From Octopus sinensis (Eukaryota): a stretch of DNA of 64,000 nucleotides. Shown here in pieces: positions 51,662-64,000 of the stretch. The notes beneath the pieces were generated by a model. That model was not told the DNA's origin. It worked only from the letters and a program-made list of their open reading frames with translations, and searched no databases. Numbering within the stretch: position 1 is the stretch's first letter; each line of letters opens with the position of its first letter. The stretch is from assembly GCF_006345805.1 (NCBI RefSeq), contig NC_042999.1:92690001-92754000 (forward strand), given 5' to 3'. The position numbers and the translations under genes are program-made.

Positions 51662-51874
51662 AGTTTAATAAAAGCTATATATTCCAGGCGCAAAGTTCCA
51701 TCTTCAGAAGATAAAGAAAAGCAATCTGAGAAAAGTTTCGTTATGTAGATTCCGTTAACCCTAGATTCCGTTCTATGGATTGACAAAACCTGCATAACTG
51801 GACTTTTCTCAGACTGTTTTCTTTCTTCTGAAGGTGGTCCTTTGCGCCTCAAATATAATGATTTTATTAAACTA
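51662..51874. repeat. Long imperfect hairpin (~85-bp arms, ~41-nt loop)
   Basis: 51662-51748 vs rc of 51790-51874, about 80% identical by eye. The loop holds agattccgtt twice. Confidence 0.88.
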
Positions 51875-52480
51875 CCCGCATTGTCACAAGCTGTCTATTT
51901 TCTCTCTTTTTATCTTCTTCGATATTTCAATGTTTCAAGCAAACTTCAACGTTCTTATAATACTAGAGTCTATTCGTTGGACTAAAATCCCTCAATGCGG
52001 CCCTTAAGCACGGCTGAAACAATGGCGGAAAGAAGTAAAAAATATTAGATACATATTGTCGAGAGTGAAGTAGCTGAAATAAAAAACGAAAAGGTCTACG
52101 TGTGTAATCATTTGCTAGGGATATGCATGCTTTCAAGTCTCGCTTGACGGCGTTTTCAGCCAGGCTGGAAGAATAAGTTGACCGGAGAAAATTAAGATAC
52201 CAGTCAAATACGAATATCATTTGTATGTGTTCATACCCACAGGTACATACATACACACACAAATGCACATGCGTTTTAGCTCTCTATATGAAATATAGTT
52301 CTCGATATAACAAAAACCTATAATCATAGTTGACAGTTTTTCATAAAAGTCTGTTTCCCTAGCGGCTAAAAAAAAAATGAAATGAAAAATATAATTTTTT
52401 TAGTAACCTGGAATATTTTACTCAGATATTTTCAGGGTTTTTTTTCTGTCAATTACTCTTTTGTTATTTCCATTTACACT

Positions 52481-52730
52481 TTTCCTCGCCGAGAAGACGT
52501 CAGGTGTTCTCGGACCCCATGCAACTGATTTCCTCTGCAAAATCGGGATAAAGGTGGCTCGCCTGATAAATGAGATCCGCGAGGTCGAGTGGCTGCTGTA
52601 GCGAGTGTCACTGGCCGCTCCTCGTGGCCACACCATCACGGTTATTACTTCTGGGCGCGGCTAAGCATAACATGTTTTATAGTGTGTGTGGCCCGACGCC
52701 CCCTTCTCCATTTTCTGACGCTTTACTCAC
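52481..52730. promoter_or_regulatory. CpG- and GC-rich non-repetitive island: candidate promoter or conserved cis-element
   Basis: About 18 CpG in ~240 bp against a strongly AT-rich background. CRE-like AGACGTCA, GATA-type sites and a minus-strand AG|GTGAGT donor at ~52725. Confidence 0.4.
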
Positions 52731-53428
52731 CTCCTTTTTTCTTTCTTTTCCAAATTACGTTTTTTCGACTGTTTCTTTTTTAATTTTTTTTTTGTATTTA
52801 AATGTTATCATTTAAATTTTGATCTATTGTATAATTGACTATAGAAATAAAACATTTATTTTCCTTATATCCGTACAAAACTTCATTTATTTCTATGTAA
52901 AACCCCTGCTACTGCGATAACAATTTGTTTAAGATCGTGAGTTAGCGCTAGTATATATTGATGAATTAACATACGATTATGTATATAGAGGGCATATATT
53001 CAAACTGCTTGTTATTGTCATTTGTTTAAATCGATTTATATAAAGTCTTGCATTATAAAAATCGTGTCTAAGTCACTAGCAACTTGCAAACTTTTATAGG
53101 TAGCAGAAAGTAAGAAAGTTGATTGAAAAATACTAAGAAGCAACTCACCTTGACAGAATATCAAAGTCAAATGAACGCTGGTTGTTATATATATTTAAGC
53201 ACGCTCAGTATCAGCTTAATATATCATGCCTTTCGTTTACTTCTTTCTCATATGTTGAGTGCATATTTGAGGATATATAAACAAATGGTCCTAACATTTT
53301 GTCATTTCTCATTCCCTTTTCTCACTCTCTTTCTCTTTCTCTCTCTCATCCATTTCTCCCTCTTCTTCCTCTGTCTCTCTCTCCCAATCTTTTCTTTGCT
53401 CTCTTTATTTACATGCATATAATTACAT

Positions 53429-53474
<46 letters not shown>

Positions 53475-53896
53475 TATGTATTGTGAGAGAATGAGAGAGT
53501 AAGAGAGAGAAAATGAGAGAGTGAGGGAGAGAGAGTGTGTGTGTGTGAGTGAGAGTGAGAGAGAGAGAAAGAGAGAGAGAGGGGGAGTTTTCTTATAGAA
53601 GCAAGTCTAATGTAGCATATTACTAATATTAAACATTCGATTTCAAGAAAGTTAGTGATTGATTGAGCCAATCAAGACACCTTGAATGCAATTAAAATGG
53701 AATATGTTTGACAGTTGGAATCCATGTCTGATAGTTGTTAGACATGGATTCCAATATATGGCTACTTTAAAAACGTTTATTTCTCGTACTATATTGCCAT
53801 TTTTTCTTTTCTTTTCTTGTTTTCTTTTGAAATAGTTCAAGACTACACATTTCGGAGGTGATGGATTTAGTTTGCCAGAACCGTTATCACGTCAGC

Positions 53897-54030
53897 TTCT
53901 CACAAGGCTTTGGTCGGCCCGAGGCTAAAGTAGAAGATACTTGCCCATGGTGCTACGCATTGGGATTGAACCCTGAACTATGTGGTTGGTAAGCAAGCTA
54001 CTAACCACACAGTCACTCCTGCTCCTATAC
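53897..54030 (-). mobile_element. SINE family A, 5' part
   Basis: Colinear with 12405-12527. Confidence 0.88.
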
Positions 54031-56681
54031 ATATATTATTAGATAAGAAATCGCATTTTATAAATATAGCATATATTTGCACATACGCATACACAGAGAG
54101 AAACATACACATTCACGCTTACACACACGCGCACATGCACACACACTCACACACTCACACACTCACACACAAACACACACACACACAAACACACACACAC
54201 AAGTACACACACACACTCATGAATATTTATTACAGGCATGTTTCTTTCCAAAGATTGATATCCTGTTTAATAACATGCTCAAACTAAACTTACACTATTT
54301 CCAAACAAGAAAGAGATTTAGGGTATTATTTCCATTCGTAGAAGAAAATTTGGCATAAACTGTTCAGTGCATTATTAAACACGTTCTACTATCTTGTGTA
54401 CATTATATGTCTTTATCGTTCTATTAGGATCCAAATTCTCCGAAGTCGATCAAATTAGTAGCATGCGTTATATACTGGAGTGAGTCTTCTCGACTACATA
54501 ACCATCAGCCTTAAATAGCATGGTACCTATACAATATATAACATTCTTCGTTCTCAATCCTATTTGATGTTTAATAAATCCATTAGCTGTCGTATATGAG
54601 GAAATATATTCTGGACACTTATATTTTATAGTTGTATATCCCTATTAATGTACATAAAGCTACAACTTTTAATCTGGAAATCTTGTTTTATTCTCATACA
54701 TTCCATAATTTTATCTCGCATAATCTTTTTTAAGCTAGCGAACGTTGCTTATTCACCTATACCAACACTGTTTCATGAAGAAGATTACATTTAAAGTATT
54801 GTTCTATTTCCATACACCATTATGATATCAAGAAAAAAATGTATCTCTTTTAAGATGGTAATAGTCACTCTAATCTCAGGCATAGCTGCAGAGAATGGAT
54901 ACGAATACCTTTTTTAACCTGATAAATATTGTTTCGGTTCTTCTAAAATATCATTTTCTCGATTATATTCAGAGGGATGTGATCTATTTTTGCTGTCACA
55001 ACATAGCCTCTAACAATCAATTTGCCGCCGGAAATTATTGACGAAGCATCGTAACTTTGCAATTCCTGTTGCATTACATCGTTTTATATTGGTTTTAAGA
55101 ACTGCGAATATTTGATTATTGACGCGACACGGTGAATTTTGAATATTTATTTAGTTTCAGTTGATATTAAATGCAAATTTAGCCGCAGTGTAGATAAGAG
55201 AAGGCCGACGATCTCAGAGAATTTTCGATTTGCAAAGTTCAAAAAGACATATTTTATTATAGTCTTTTGTTCTTTTACTGGCTTCAGTCATTGGATTCTA
55301 TCCATACTAAGTTAGCAGTCTCCAAGTTACTCATACAGACCTGAGCACTAATTTTGGTTATAACCATCTCTCTCTCTCTATGTATCTATCTATCTAGACA
55401 CACGTACATGATTACAAGCATATATATGAGGCACATACATGCATACATACTTATCACACATACATACACATACACACACATAAACACACATACAGTACAC
55501 ACATACACACACATGCACACACACATATGCACACACGCACTCACTCCCATACACATACGTACACCTATTCGCAATCACATACATATTCAATGACATATTT
55601 ATTTTCAATTTTGCGGATTATTAGAACAATTGAAAGAAGTGAAGCAGTGTGCTAATTAAATTATGAATCGTCATCAAAATTTGATTAGTTTCCAGCTTCG
55701 GCTTTAAAAATGTGTAACACATTGAAGTATGCAATTATTCTTTGCTGAACACGTGATATATTAGTACATCGGTCGAAAGAAAAAAAAAACACGGGTTATT
55801 CTCATGTTTTCAATATTATGTGTGAATCACATAGAAGCAGGGAAGTGTTTATTGCTTATTTAGACTTAAAGTAGTAAATCTGAGTAATGTTTTTCACTTT
55901 GAACCCATGATATAAATGTACTGGGAAATATACTGTTTTAACCAGTTAATATTTGGAAATTCTGCAATAAATACCAATGATAGAGTCTGTAGGAATTCAT
56001 AAATTCCTAGCTTTGTTCGATAGTTTGGAAACATGTAACAGAATGATATAAATCTTCAATAGATACATGTATAATAATTCTTATCCACACAACTATGACT
56101 GCGCATTAAAATATATGAAATACAGAAATAGAAGAAATCTGTAGATTCCCCAAAACCTTGCTACACTGTCGTAATAAAGAAATCGGAAACTGGTTCTTCT
56201 ACAATTACTCAGGATATTTGGTGGTATAATAAGAAGGTAGAAGTGGCGTGCATTTAAATCTTCATCAAGGAACTTTATTTTGTACCTTTTATTGCATTTA
56301 TTTCATGTTCTTTATTTGTCCTGGGTTCTGGAATATACCCCTTGTACATTATCTAAGATGTCCTTGTATGCAGTTGTAGGTTTAAAGGAATATCTTTTTA
56401 TTTACACAAAGTCAGCAATCATACGGTTCCATACAGGAAATCTTACCTGTTTTACCTCTTACCCGTTTTACCTAAAGTTGGTGGATTCTATGTTAAGATA
56501 AATTAATCAACAAAACTCTATCGAAACAGCTGTCGTAAAAACGCCATTGTGTGTGTGTCTATATATATATATGTTCGTTTTGTAAGATTTCTGAAATAGA
56601 TATTGTTGTATTTCGGGACGGTCATTTTTTGTGCCAAATAAACACACGCACTATATATTTTTATTATCTTATTATTTTTAA

Positions 56682-56802
56682 CTCATATCCATTGTTCGGA
56701 AATCTTCCGTCATATCTGTGAGCACTTCCGCGACACTTTTCGTTTTCGTGTGTGTGCTTGGTCCACTTACTCCATTCTGTTCTTCCAGACAATGGACATG
56801 AG
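56682..56802. mobile_element. 121-bp MITE with TTAA target-site duplication (piggyBac-like)
   Basis: ttaa|CTCATATCCATTGTTCGGAA ... TTCCAGACAATGGACATGAG|ttaa; 20-bp TIRs with 3 mismatches. Confidence 0.65.
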
Positions 56803-56898
56803 TTAAAAATAATAAATTAAGAACAGTAATAATCGAAGGAAATATATATAGTGCGTATTTTTATTTGGCACAAAAAATGACCAACTGGAAATAAAACA

Positions 56899-56951
<53 letters not shown>

Positions 56952-56958
<7 letters not shown>

Positions 56959-58000
56959 CTGACAGAAGTAAATAGATACCCTAATAATCATTAAAATTTC
57001 TTTAAATCTGAAGTTAAACATTCGAATTGTTTATTAATTGTTATAATGGGAATATTCTATATTTAGTAGACATGCCCTTTGTATTTTTTAATGCAGGAAG
57101 CCTATTAGGGATGTTACCGATCAGAGGGCGAATATTCTTTTGCGGAATTTCTTGCCAAAGTTCATGCAATACTTTTGGAAGATCTGGCTTTCAAGATGCT
57201 CTCTTGGTCTTATCTGGTGATTGGTTTGGCCATAGGAGCTTTTTAATGCCGTTCTCATCCCATAAATCTTGGGTCATTTTAGCGGTGTAACAAGGAGCCC
57301 TATCTTCCATAAATAAAGTATCTCTTTAATAATTTTACCATTGCAGGAGATTGGAAGGAGTCCTTTCTGCAATATGGACACTTATTTATCTGAATTTATG
57401 TTTCCCTCTCACTCCACCAGCTCTGATCAACCGTGTTTCATTGTTGGCTACAATCTTTTCACATCCAATTCTTCATCACAGCATCTATAGACCCACACTC
57501 GACCACAGTACATAGCCCAATCTTTTCTCTGCTTGATGTTGGCTTCCTTCTTGCTGGTCTGCCTTAGTGACCAAATTTGCGGAGATACCTGGCGGCTGTT
57601 TTGAGACTGACATCAACTTGCTCTGCTATTTCAAAGGCTTTGGAACGAGTATTATCCTTCACTCTTCTCTTCGCAAAGAGAAGGGTCCTGTCAGAGGACT
57701 CTGGTTGATGTGGGCTAGGTGAGGTAGACTCCTTTCTCTCACTGGTGAATTGCACAATCACTCTGTTAACTGTAGAAAGCGAGATCCCAAGGTTTCAGCA
57801 ATTTTACGCTATGTCCAACTTCAGAATGATCCACAACGCGGCCACTTTGAAATTCAGACAGTTCCAAGTCTTCTTTTGTATATGACATTATCAAACAGTC
57901 AAATATACAACCTGAAACATAAAAATGTCAATGAATAAAAGAAATGAAACTTTACAAACGATGTTTTATAGGATGTCTATTTACTTCTGTCACTTCTGTG
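56952..58000 (-). mobile_element. Internally deleted Tc1 transposon with both TIRs and a decayed transposase
   Basis: TIRs CACAGA..TGACAGAAGTAAATAGA at both ends. ATG at 57888: MSYTKEDLELSEFQSGRVV..GISLSTVNRVI..AFEIAEQVDVSLKTAARYLRKFG..EDRAPCYTAKMTQDLWDENGIKKLLWPNQSPD..LWQEIPQKNIRPLIGNIPNRL..KGMSTKY. Confidence 0.92.
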
Positions 58001-58086
58001 TACTTATATACATATGCACATATATACATACATATTCATACATACATATATACATACGTACATGCATACATAGATACATACATACA

Positions 58087-58122
<36 letters not shown>

Positions 58123-58124
58123 TA

Positions 58125-58250
58125 GTTGAAATTTACAGAAAAACTTAAGACGAAGACAGGTGTATAAACAACAGGCAGGTGTATTAGTTTGACGCTGGGA
58201 ATGTGTGAAAGTTTTTTCCATTTTGGGCCTAAGCTCTTCAACGGAAAGGA
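58125..58250 (-). mobile_element. Probable Penelope pLTR fragment with a decayed hammerhead (58212-58247)
   Basis: rc: tttccgttga-a-gagc-ttag-gccc-aaaa-tgg-aaa is interpretable as CTGNTGA-A-stem II-GAAA-CGT-A with several substitutions. Confidence 0.35.
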
Positions 58251-58315
58251 GAACGAGGAAATAAACAGAGAGTAAAAATTAAAATCTTGTGGATTTAGCT
58301 GTCAATCATCGTGAC

Positions 58316-58377
<62 letters not shown>

Positions 58378-58397
58378 GGCATAGATAGCTAGATAGG

Positions 58398-58446
<49 letters not shown>

Positions 58447-58514
58447 AAAGAGAGAAAGGCATAGATAGCTAGATAGGTAGGTAGGTAGATAGATAGATAG
58501 ATAGATAGATAGAT

Positions 58515-58560
<46 letters not shown>
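58316..58560. repeat. (GATA)n/(GA)n compound microsatellite with an 80-bp block duplication
   Basis: aaagagagaaaggcatagatagctagataggtag occurs at ~58367 and ~58447. Confidence 0.9.
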
Positions 58561-59312
58561 TACTTTCCTTTTTCCCGGGAGTATGAATAGAATGTTTTTA
58601 TACAAAGTTCAGTCATTCAGCAAACGAATGAGCCTATACTCGTATGTAGGCAGTCGATCTGTTTCTCCACTGTTATTGAATTATTGTATAGTTATCGGAA
58701 TGAAGTAAGTGCCGCATATTATATATCAGCGAAACAGCATATTTGTAAGTTTTTACTGTTTTACCGACCCTAGTAAATTAAACAATGAGAGATAAATAAT
58801 CTCTCACAATATTTAAGATCATCTATCTAGTGTTAATAAGCACTAGTAAACTATTACATATTTATTAGTCGAATAAACCAATGCATATATGAGAGTACAA
58901 CAAATATGTCTATTGGACCATTTTGTCATATTTATTTCATAGCATTATTATTATTACAACGTTAAAAAGATTGTAGGAGGGTGTGATTGATTTAATGGAA
59001 TTATTACTCCACTGGTTTCCGCTGTACTTATTTTATCGACACTCTGGCGTGTGAAAATCAATGTTTTCCCAAACAGTGTTTGAACTAAATGCTGCATGCT
59101 CTTTTATCTGCAACATTTCCTCTTGTGTCAGAACATTGTGGAGACAATAAAGATTCGCATATAATAAACAAACAAGATAATTATCGAGATCAACTTAATT
59201 AAAACATCGAGTTCTTTAATAAATTTCTTGTTTCGTCTACGACACGAACGATCAATCAATCTAACATTAAAGAAATAGAAAGACCAAAACGAAGACAAAA
59301 TTTCAAATTGTA

Positions 59313-59602
59313 ATTTGAATTTTGAACGTAATGGAGAAAGAAATGCTGCTAAGAATTTTGTCCGGCGCGGTAACACTTCTGTCAGATCGCCGCCATACCT
59401 GATACAAATATTAAGCATTCAATGATGTATGCTTCACTCTTTACTAATGAATTCATAAGTGCCTGACCAACAAACTGTTTAATGTATTTTTAAGGTGTCT
59501 GCATTCTGAAATAATTTCACATGGGCATATGAATAGCGCTATCTGTGTATAGATCTAAATGACAATAGTTTGCTGACATCACAAAGACTGTGTTGCATCT
59601 CT
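59313..59602 (-). repeat. Left arm of a 290-bp inverted duplication (partner 63404-63693)
   Basis: rc aligns without obvious gaps to 63404-63693 at ~90% by eye. It includes ~200 bp of unique flank plus ~85 bp of SINE C head. Confidence 0.92.
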
Positions 59603-60599
59603 GAAATTACAATTTCAAATTGTAAGACAACCATTTGGGGCATTTGAGTAGAATGTTTTTACAAATTTAAATCATTCAGTAAACAAATGAAAAAGCCGAT
59701 ATATGGGCAATCAGTCTGCTAAAAATAGCTGTCGAATTCTTAAATTACGCCATACAATCGTGAAAAGGGTAATGAACATATTAGAGGGTGTATTCTTAAT
59801 TATATCTTTAAAACGAATAGGTTTCCGTGTTTCAAGTGTATATTATTGCATTTGGCCTGAACAGTGCAACTGCCACTAGTTCAATATGTCTCTGTATCAA
59901 TATGATCTTGACGCTGGAAGTGTAGATACTTATTCGATAACCATGTGACAAACCTCACTTAAATATAATTCATTTAAACTGATTTTAGTAGCAGTGTAGG
60001 AAAAACAAATTGTTGCCATTCTGCTGATGATTTGAACACCTCGCCCAGTATGCAAGATTTTTGTCACTTTCATTTAATACACAACTTAAATCCACACAAT
60101 AGACGCTATATTGGAAACGGAAATATTCATATATGCTTAACAACGATTTAGCTCTATTAAGAATCAAGCCACGAATTCGCTCACATAAATTTACGCAAAC
60201 CGTTTTTCATTTGAGAAAATAAGACAGGTAGAAAATGGATGATTTATTAGTTATTGCATGTATAGGACCTTAGCAATTTCAAAAACGAAGAACATTAAGA
60301 ACTACAAAATATTGAGAATATTAATATTTCATCTTATCCACCACGTAGGTAACTTCGAGAAATATTAATATAAATGCATATAGATTTTATTAAAACATCA
60401 GCATTGTAGGCATCAGTTTTATCTTGGTTCATACAAAAATACTCAAGTCCCATTTTAAGTAGAAATTCACTCCTGGATTTCCAGTTCTTCATAATTAACA
60501 TTGTTTAATAAAATCTTCCAGATGATGCATATACATGCCGTATTCTCACTTAAATTTCTAGGAATCAAATGTCACCTGGCATCTAACAGTATGGTGGTA

Positions 60600-60680
60600 C
60601 CGTTAACAGTCAATGTGAAGTACTGTATGGACAGTGTAGAAGGCGTGGTGGAAGCTGAGGGCGGCTATTTTGAACAAACT
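60600..60680 (+). mobile_element. Possible Tc1-like transposase C-terminal remnant
   Basis: VEGVVEAEGGYFEQ resembles the (R)LEAVVEAEGGYIE ending of DD34E-type transposases. Short match only. Confidence 0.35.
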
Positions 60681-61707
60681 GTTATTTCACGGTCATAATA
60701 TTTTATTTATATATTCGTTTTAAGTACTTTAATTTTTAGATGTGGTATCGTGTTTTCCTTTCTTTTTATGCCAACTGTCAAATTGGTTTTATGTGCAATT
60801 TTTTTTTTAAAAGACAAATGTGTGATTGAAGGAAAGTTTGACAACTATATCTAGCAGGCTGAGTGACCAGATAGAATCCCACCCCTTCGCTGGTTTATTA
60901 CGTTATATTTCTTGCAAAACACACTCTCATATACGATAAATTTCTATCGATGTGTTCAGTAAAAGTAACTAAAAAAGCGAAAAAAACAATAATACATGGC
61001 AATAGAAAGTTTATTAGGTTAACATCAGAACGATGGCTTTTTTTCATTAATATTGGCAGCTACACAGTGAAATATTACAGTCTTTTATCTGGAATGGAAA
61101 CTTCCGTATCTTAGGTAGAGGGCAAGCCCGTGTTGCGGTGAAATGTATAATTTATTTTTTATTCCCGCTTTGTAAAATCTCAAAGGATGAAAGACCATGT
61201 CAAACTTGACGAGAGATGGCCTCAGAACGTGTAAGAAACTTGCAGCCTCAAAGCATTTAATATTATCGATATATTTGCATCGGTTTGATAATTGTTAATC
61301 TTTGCAAATTAGTCATGTAAACCAATATAGAAGAAAAAATCATTTCAATTATGTTTTACCATTCAAAATACACATTTTAGACGAGAGTTAACAATGTCAT
61401 CATTCCTAATATAATATGTACAGCTTCAGCTAGCACTAAAAATATAATTTGGATTAATGTTATTGAATGTTCTACAGAAATTCTACACTTTCTTATTAAA
61501 ATACAATTTTTTTCTCTCTCCTAACTGCCAAATAGAAATGTTGAGATTAAATACATGTGATAAATGACAAATATTTTATTGTATTAACTGAAGTAATGTA
61601 TGAAATGGTGTTCCTAGTTGATAAGAAAATAATTAAAGATAAACATTTAACAACATATATATTTATACATACATGCATGCATACATACATGCATACATAC
61701 ATACATG

Positions 61708-61748
<41 letters not shown>

Positions 61749-62394
61749 ACACATATATATGTATATATATATATATAGGGAGAGAGAGAGAGATGTGCGT
61801 GCCTGTTGTGTGTGTATGTGCATGTGTATGCTTGTGTGTGGATATGTGTCTTGAAAATATATCCGATTTCTTCATATTATCAATGTACAAAATGCTCATT
61901 ATTATTTGGGAATTAGTTTAGTAGATGAATTTATATGATATTAGTTGATTATAAGCTGGTATGAATGAAAAATGATCAATACATACACACATACATACAT
62001 GCATATATATATATATATATACATATATGTGTGTGTGTGTGTGTATGATTATGTATGTACTTATGTATATATATATATATATATACATATATGTGTGTGT
62101 GTGTGTGTGTATGATTATGTATGTACTTATGTATATATATATATATATATATGTATAGTTAAATTAAATTAATTTTTTTTATCAGTTATGGTGTTTGTTG
62201 ATCGATATTTGTTGTCGTTGTGTGGAATCGTTATAACCAATTATTGATTTCTTTCGCCTAGCCAACATTTTAAGCAAAATTTTTGTTGTGTGGTTGAAGT
62301 CAATTGATTCTTTCTTCCATCAGTAACAATAAAGATGATAAAGACGTGGATGAGACGAGGGAGAGGAATCTATGGTGAGAATGAATGATTACGA

Positions 62395-62540
62395 TGGTGG
62401 TGAAGATGATAACAATGACGATGGGAATAATTATGATGACGATGATGATTACAACGACGTCGATGATGCAAACGATGTCGATGATGTTGATGATGATGAT
62501 GACGACGACGACGATGATGATGATGATGAGGAGGAGGAAG
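62395..62540. repeat. (GAT)n/(GAC)n/(GAG)n trinucleotide tract
   Basis: Directly visible. It generates the poly-Asp and poly-Ser ORFs. Confidence 0.9.
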
Positions 62541-63403
62541 GGATTATATTGTTGATTAAGGTGACGATAACGATGGCAAATATTGAGAAGCGCTTCGGTG
62601 TTGAATCATTTTGTGATTGCAATATAAATCTCAGTTTTACTCGTAAACCAGTTGTGTATGTACCATCCCTCAATATCAAATATTTATTTATTTAAATGTT
62701 AGAGGTATTAATAAGAAAGAATATTTATTTGAGACTACACGATAATCTAAGCGACCCAAGTAAGACGATATTATCTCAAACGCTATTGAGAAGGTTTTCT
62801 ATTTTATATTATAGATTTTGTAAAATAACTTCGTATACAAAAAGGTGTGTTTTCATTTCATACGTACTACATTCAGCAGTCAAATGTATCTTGTTTATGA
62901 TATCTCTTTTCAGCAAGATATAGAAGTTGCGTGTAAGAGTGTAATTGTTTATTGATTGAATGAAATATTTGGCTTATAAACGAGTCTTCGTGAATTCTAG
63001 TTACGTTGGGCGTTTCCTACCGTTTCTCTTTAAAAACGTAGTTGTTGCTTGGTTCAAAATTATCCCTGATTTTGTATTTATATGGTCAGAGGAATTCCAG
63101 CCATGTAAATTATTCAATATGGCCTTCTCTTTTTAAGTAGATCATGATTTTAGAGAGATTTAATGATGATGCATGAAAGATATATGTTAAAACTAAGGGC
63201 CTCAGCTGAATTGCAGTAGTGATTAGATCTCTTATCCCATACATTTTACGGACGTTACATGCGATAAGATAAAGATAATGAATATAAGTTCTTTTTATTT
63301 TTCTTACCCACTTAATGATTAAGACACTAGATTTAAATTCATATCTCATGAGGTTGTTGAGCATCCATGTGACTTAATGGTTAACCATTTAAGGTTGGTT
63401 GTG

Positions 63404-63693
63404 AGAGATGCACTACAATCCTTGTGATGTCAGCAAACTATTGCCATTTAGATCTTTAAACAGAGAGCGCTAGTCATATGGCCATATGGAATTATTTCAG
63501 AATGCAGACACCTTAAAAATACTTTAAAAAGTTTGTTGGTCAGGCACGTATGAATTCATAAGGGAAAAGTGAAGCATACATCATTGAATGTTTAATATTT
63601 GTATCAGGTATGGCGGCGATCTGGTAGAAGTGTTACCGCGCCGGACAAAATTCTTAGCAGCATTTCTTTCTCCATTACGTTCTAATTTCAAAT
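63404..63693 (+). repeat. Right arm of the 290-bp inverted duplication
   Basis: See 59313-59602. Confidence 0.92.
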
Positions 63694-63825
63694 GCCACCG
63701 GGGACGACCTTGTCTATCATCCCGTCGAGGTCGATAAAATAAGTATAAGCTAAGAACTAGGGTCGATGTAATCGATTTACGCTACCCCACGAAATTGCCG
63801 GTCTTGTACTAAAATTTGAAACCAA
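63611..63825 (+). mobile_element. SINE family C, complete
   Basis: tggcggcgatctggtagaagtgttacc..gtcgataaaataagta..gggtcgatgtaatcgat..gaaattgccggtcttgtac. Confidence 0.8.
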
Positions 63826-64000
63826 TATTTGTGTTGCGTATAACTATAAATTCTCCTTTATTTAGCAACCAAAATACAAATTGTATTGCCTTGAAGTTAG
63901 ATGAAATTTTCAGTATCTGTACAAATGATAGTGTCTCACTGAAGATCGCCCATTCACCATTGAATATTTGACAGGATGTCCAATTACCTGTTGATTCAAT

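Noticed and set aside
56480-56534. GAAACAGCTGTC hammerhead-like 3' half
   Set aside because: The CTGANGA half cannot be identified without several edits.
62372-62695. 107-aa Asp-rich ORF
   Set aside because: Explained by the (GAT/GAC/GAG)n microsatellite; the flanks look non-coding.

Overview
AT-rich, microsatellite-saturated eukaryotic DNA, most likely intronic or intergenic sequence of an octopus (coleoid cephalopod). This assignment is an inference from the repeat landscape. No complete host gene can be supported, only isolated splice-signal-bounded exon candidates, and most ORF-track entries are microsatellite artefacts. Recognisable content: RTE-like and CR1-like LINE relics, two Penelope-like (PLE) RT relics (one with GIY-YIG and a twin-priming-type 5' inversion), many copies of two tRNA-headed SINE families, Tc1/mariner, hAT and piggyBac-like elements and MITEs, several long hairpins, a ~166-bp tandem array and a 290-bp inverted duplication. 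Three observations stand out. (1) Two divergent retroposons encode only a CCHC-knuckle ORF1-like protein with no ORF2, and their 3' tails each match a subtype of one SINE family. (2) A near-intact minimal hammerhead ribozyme lies at 8898-8955, with several decayed relatives elsewhere. (3) A CR1 3' end carries the same tail as the dominant SINE, identifying its probable partner LINE. All alignments and folds were done by eye.
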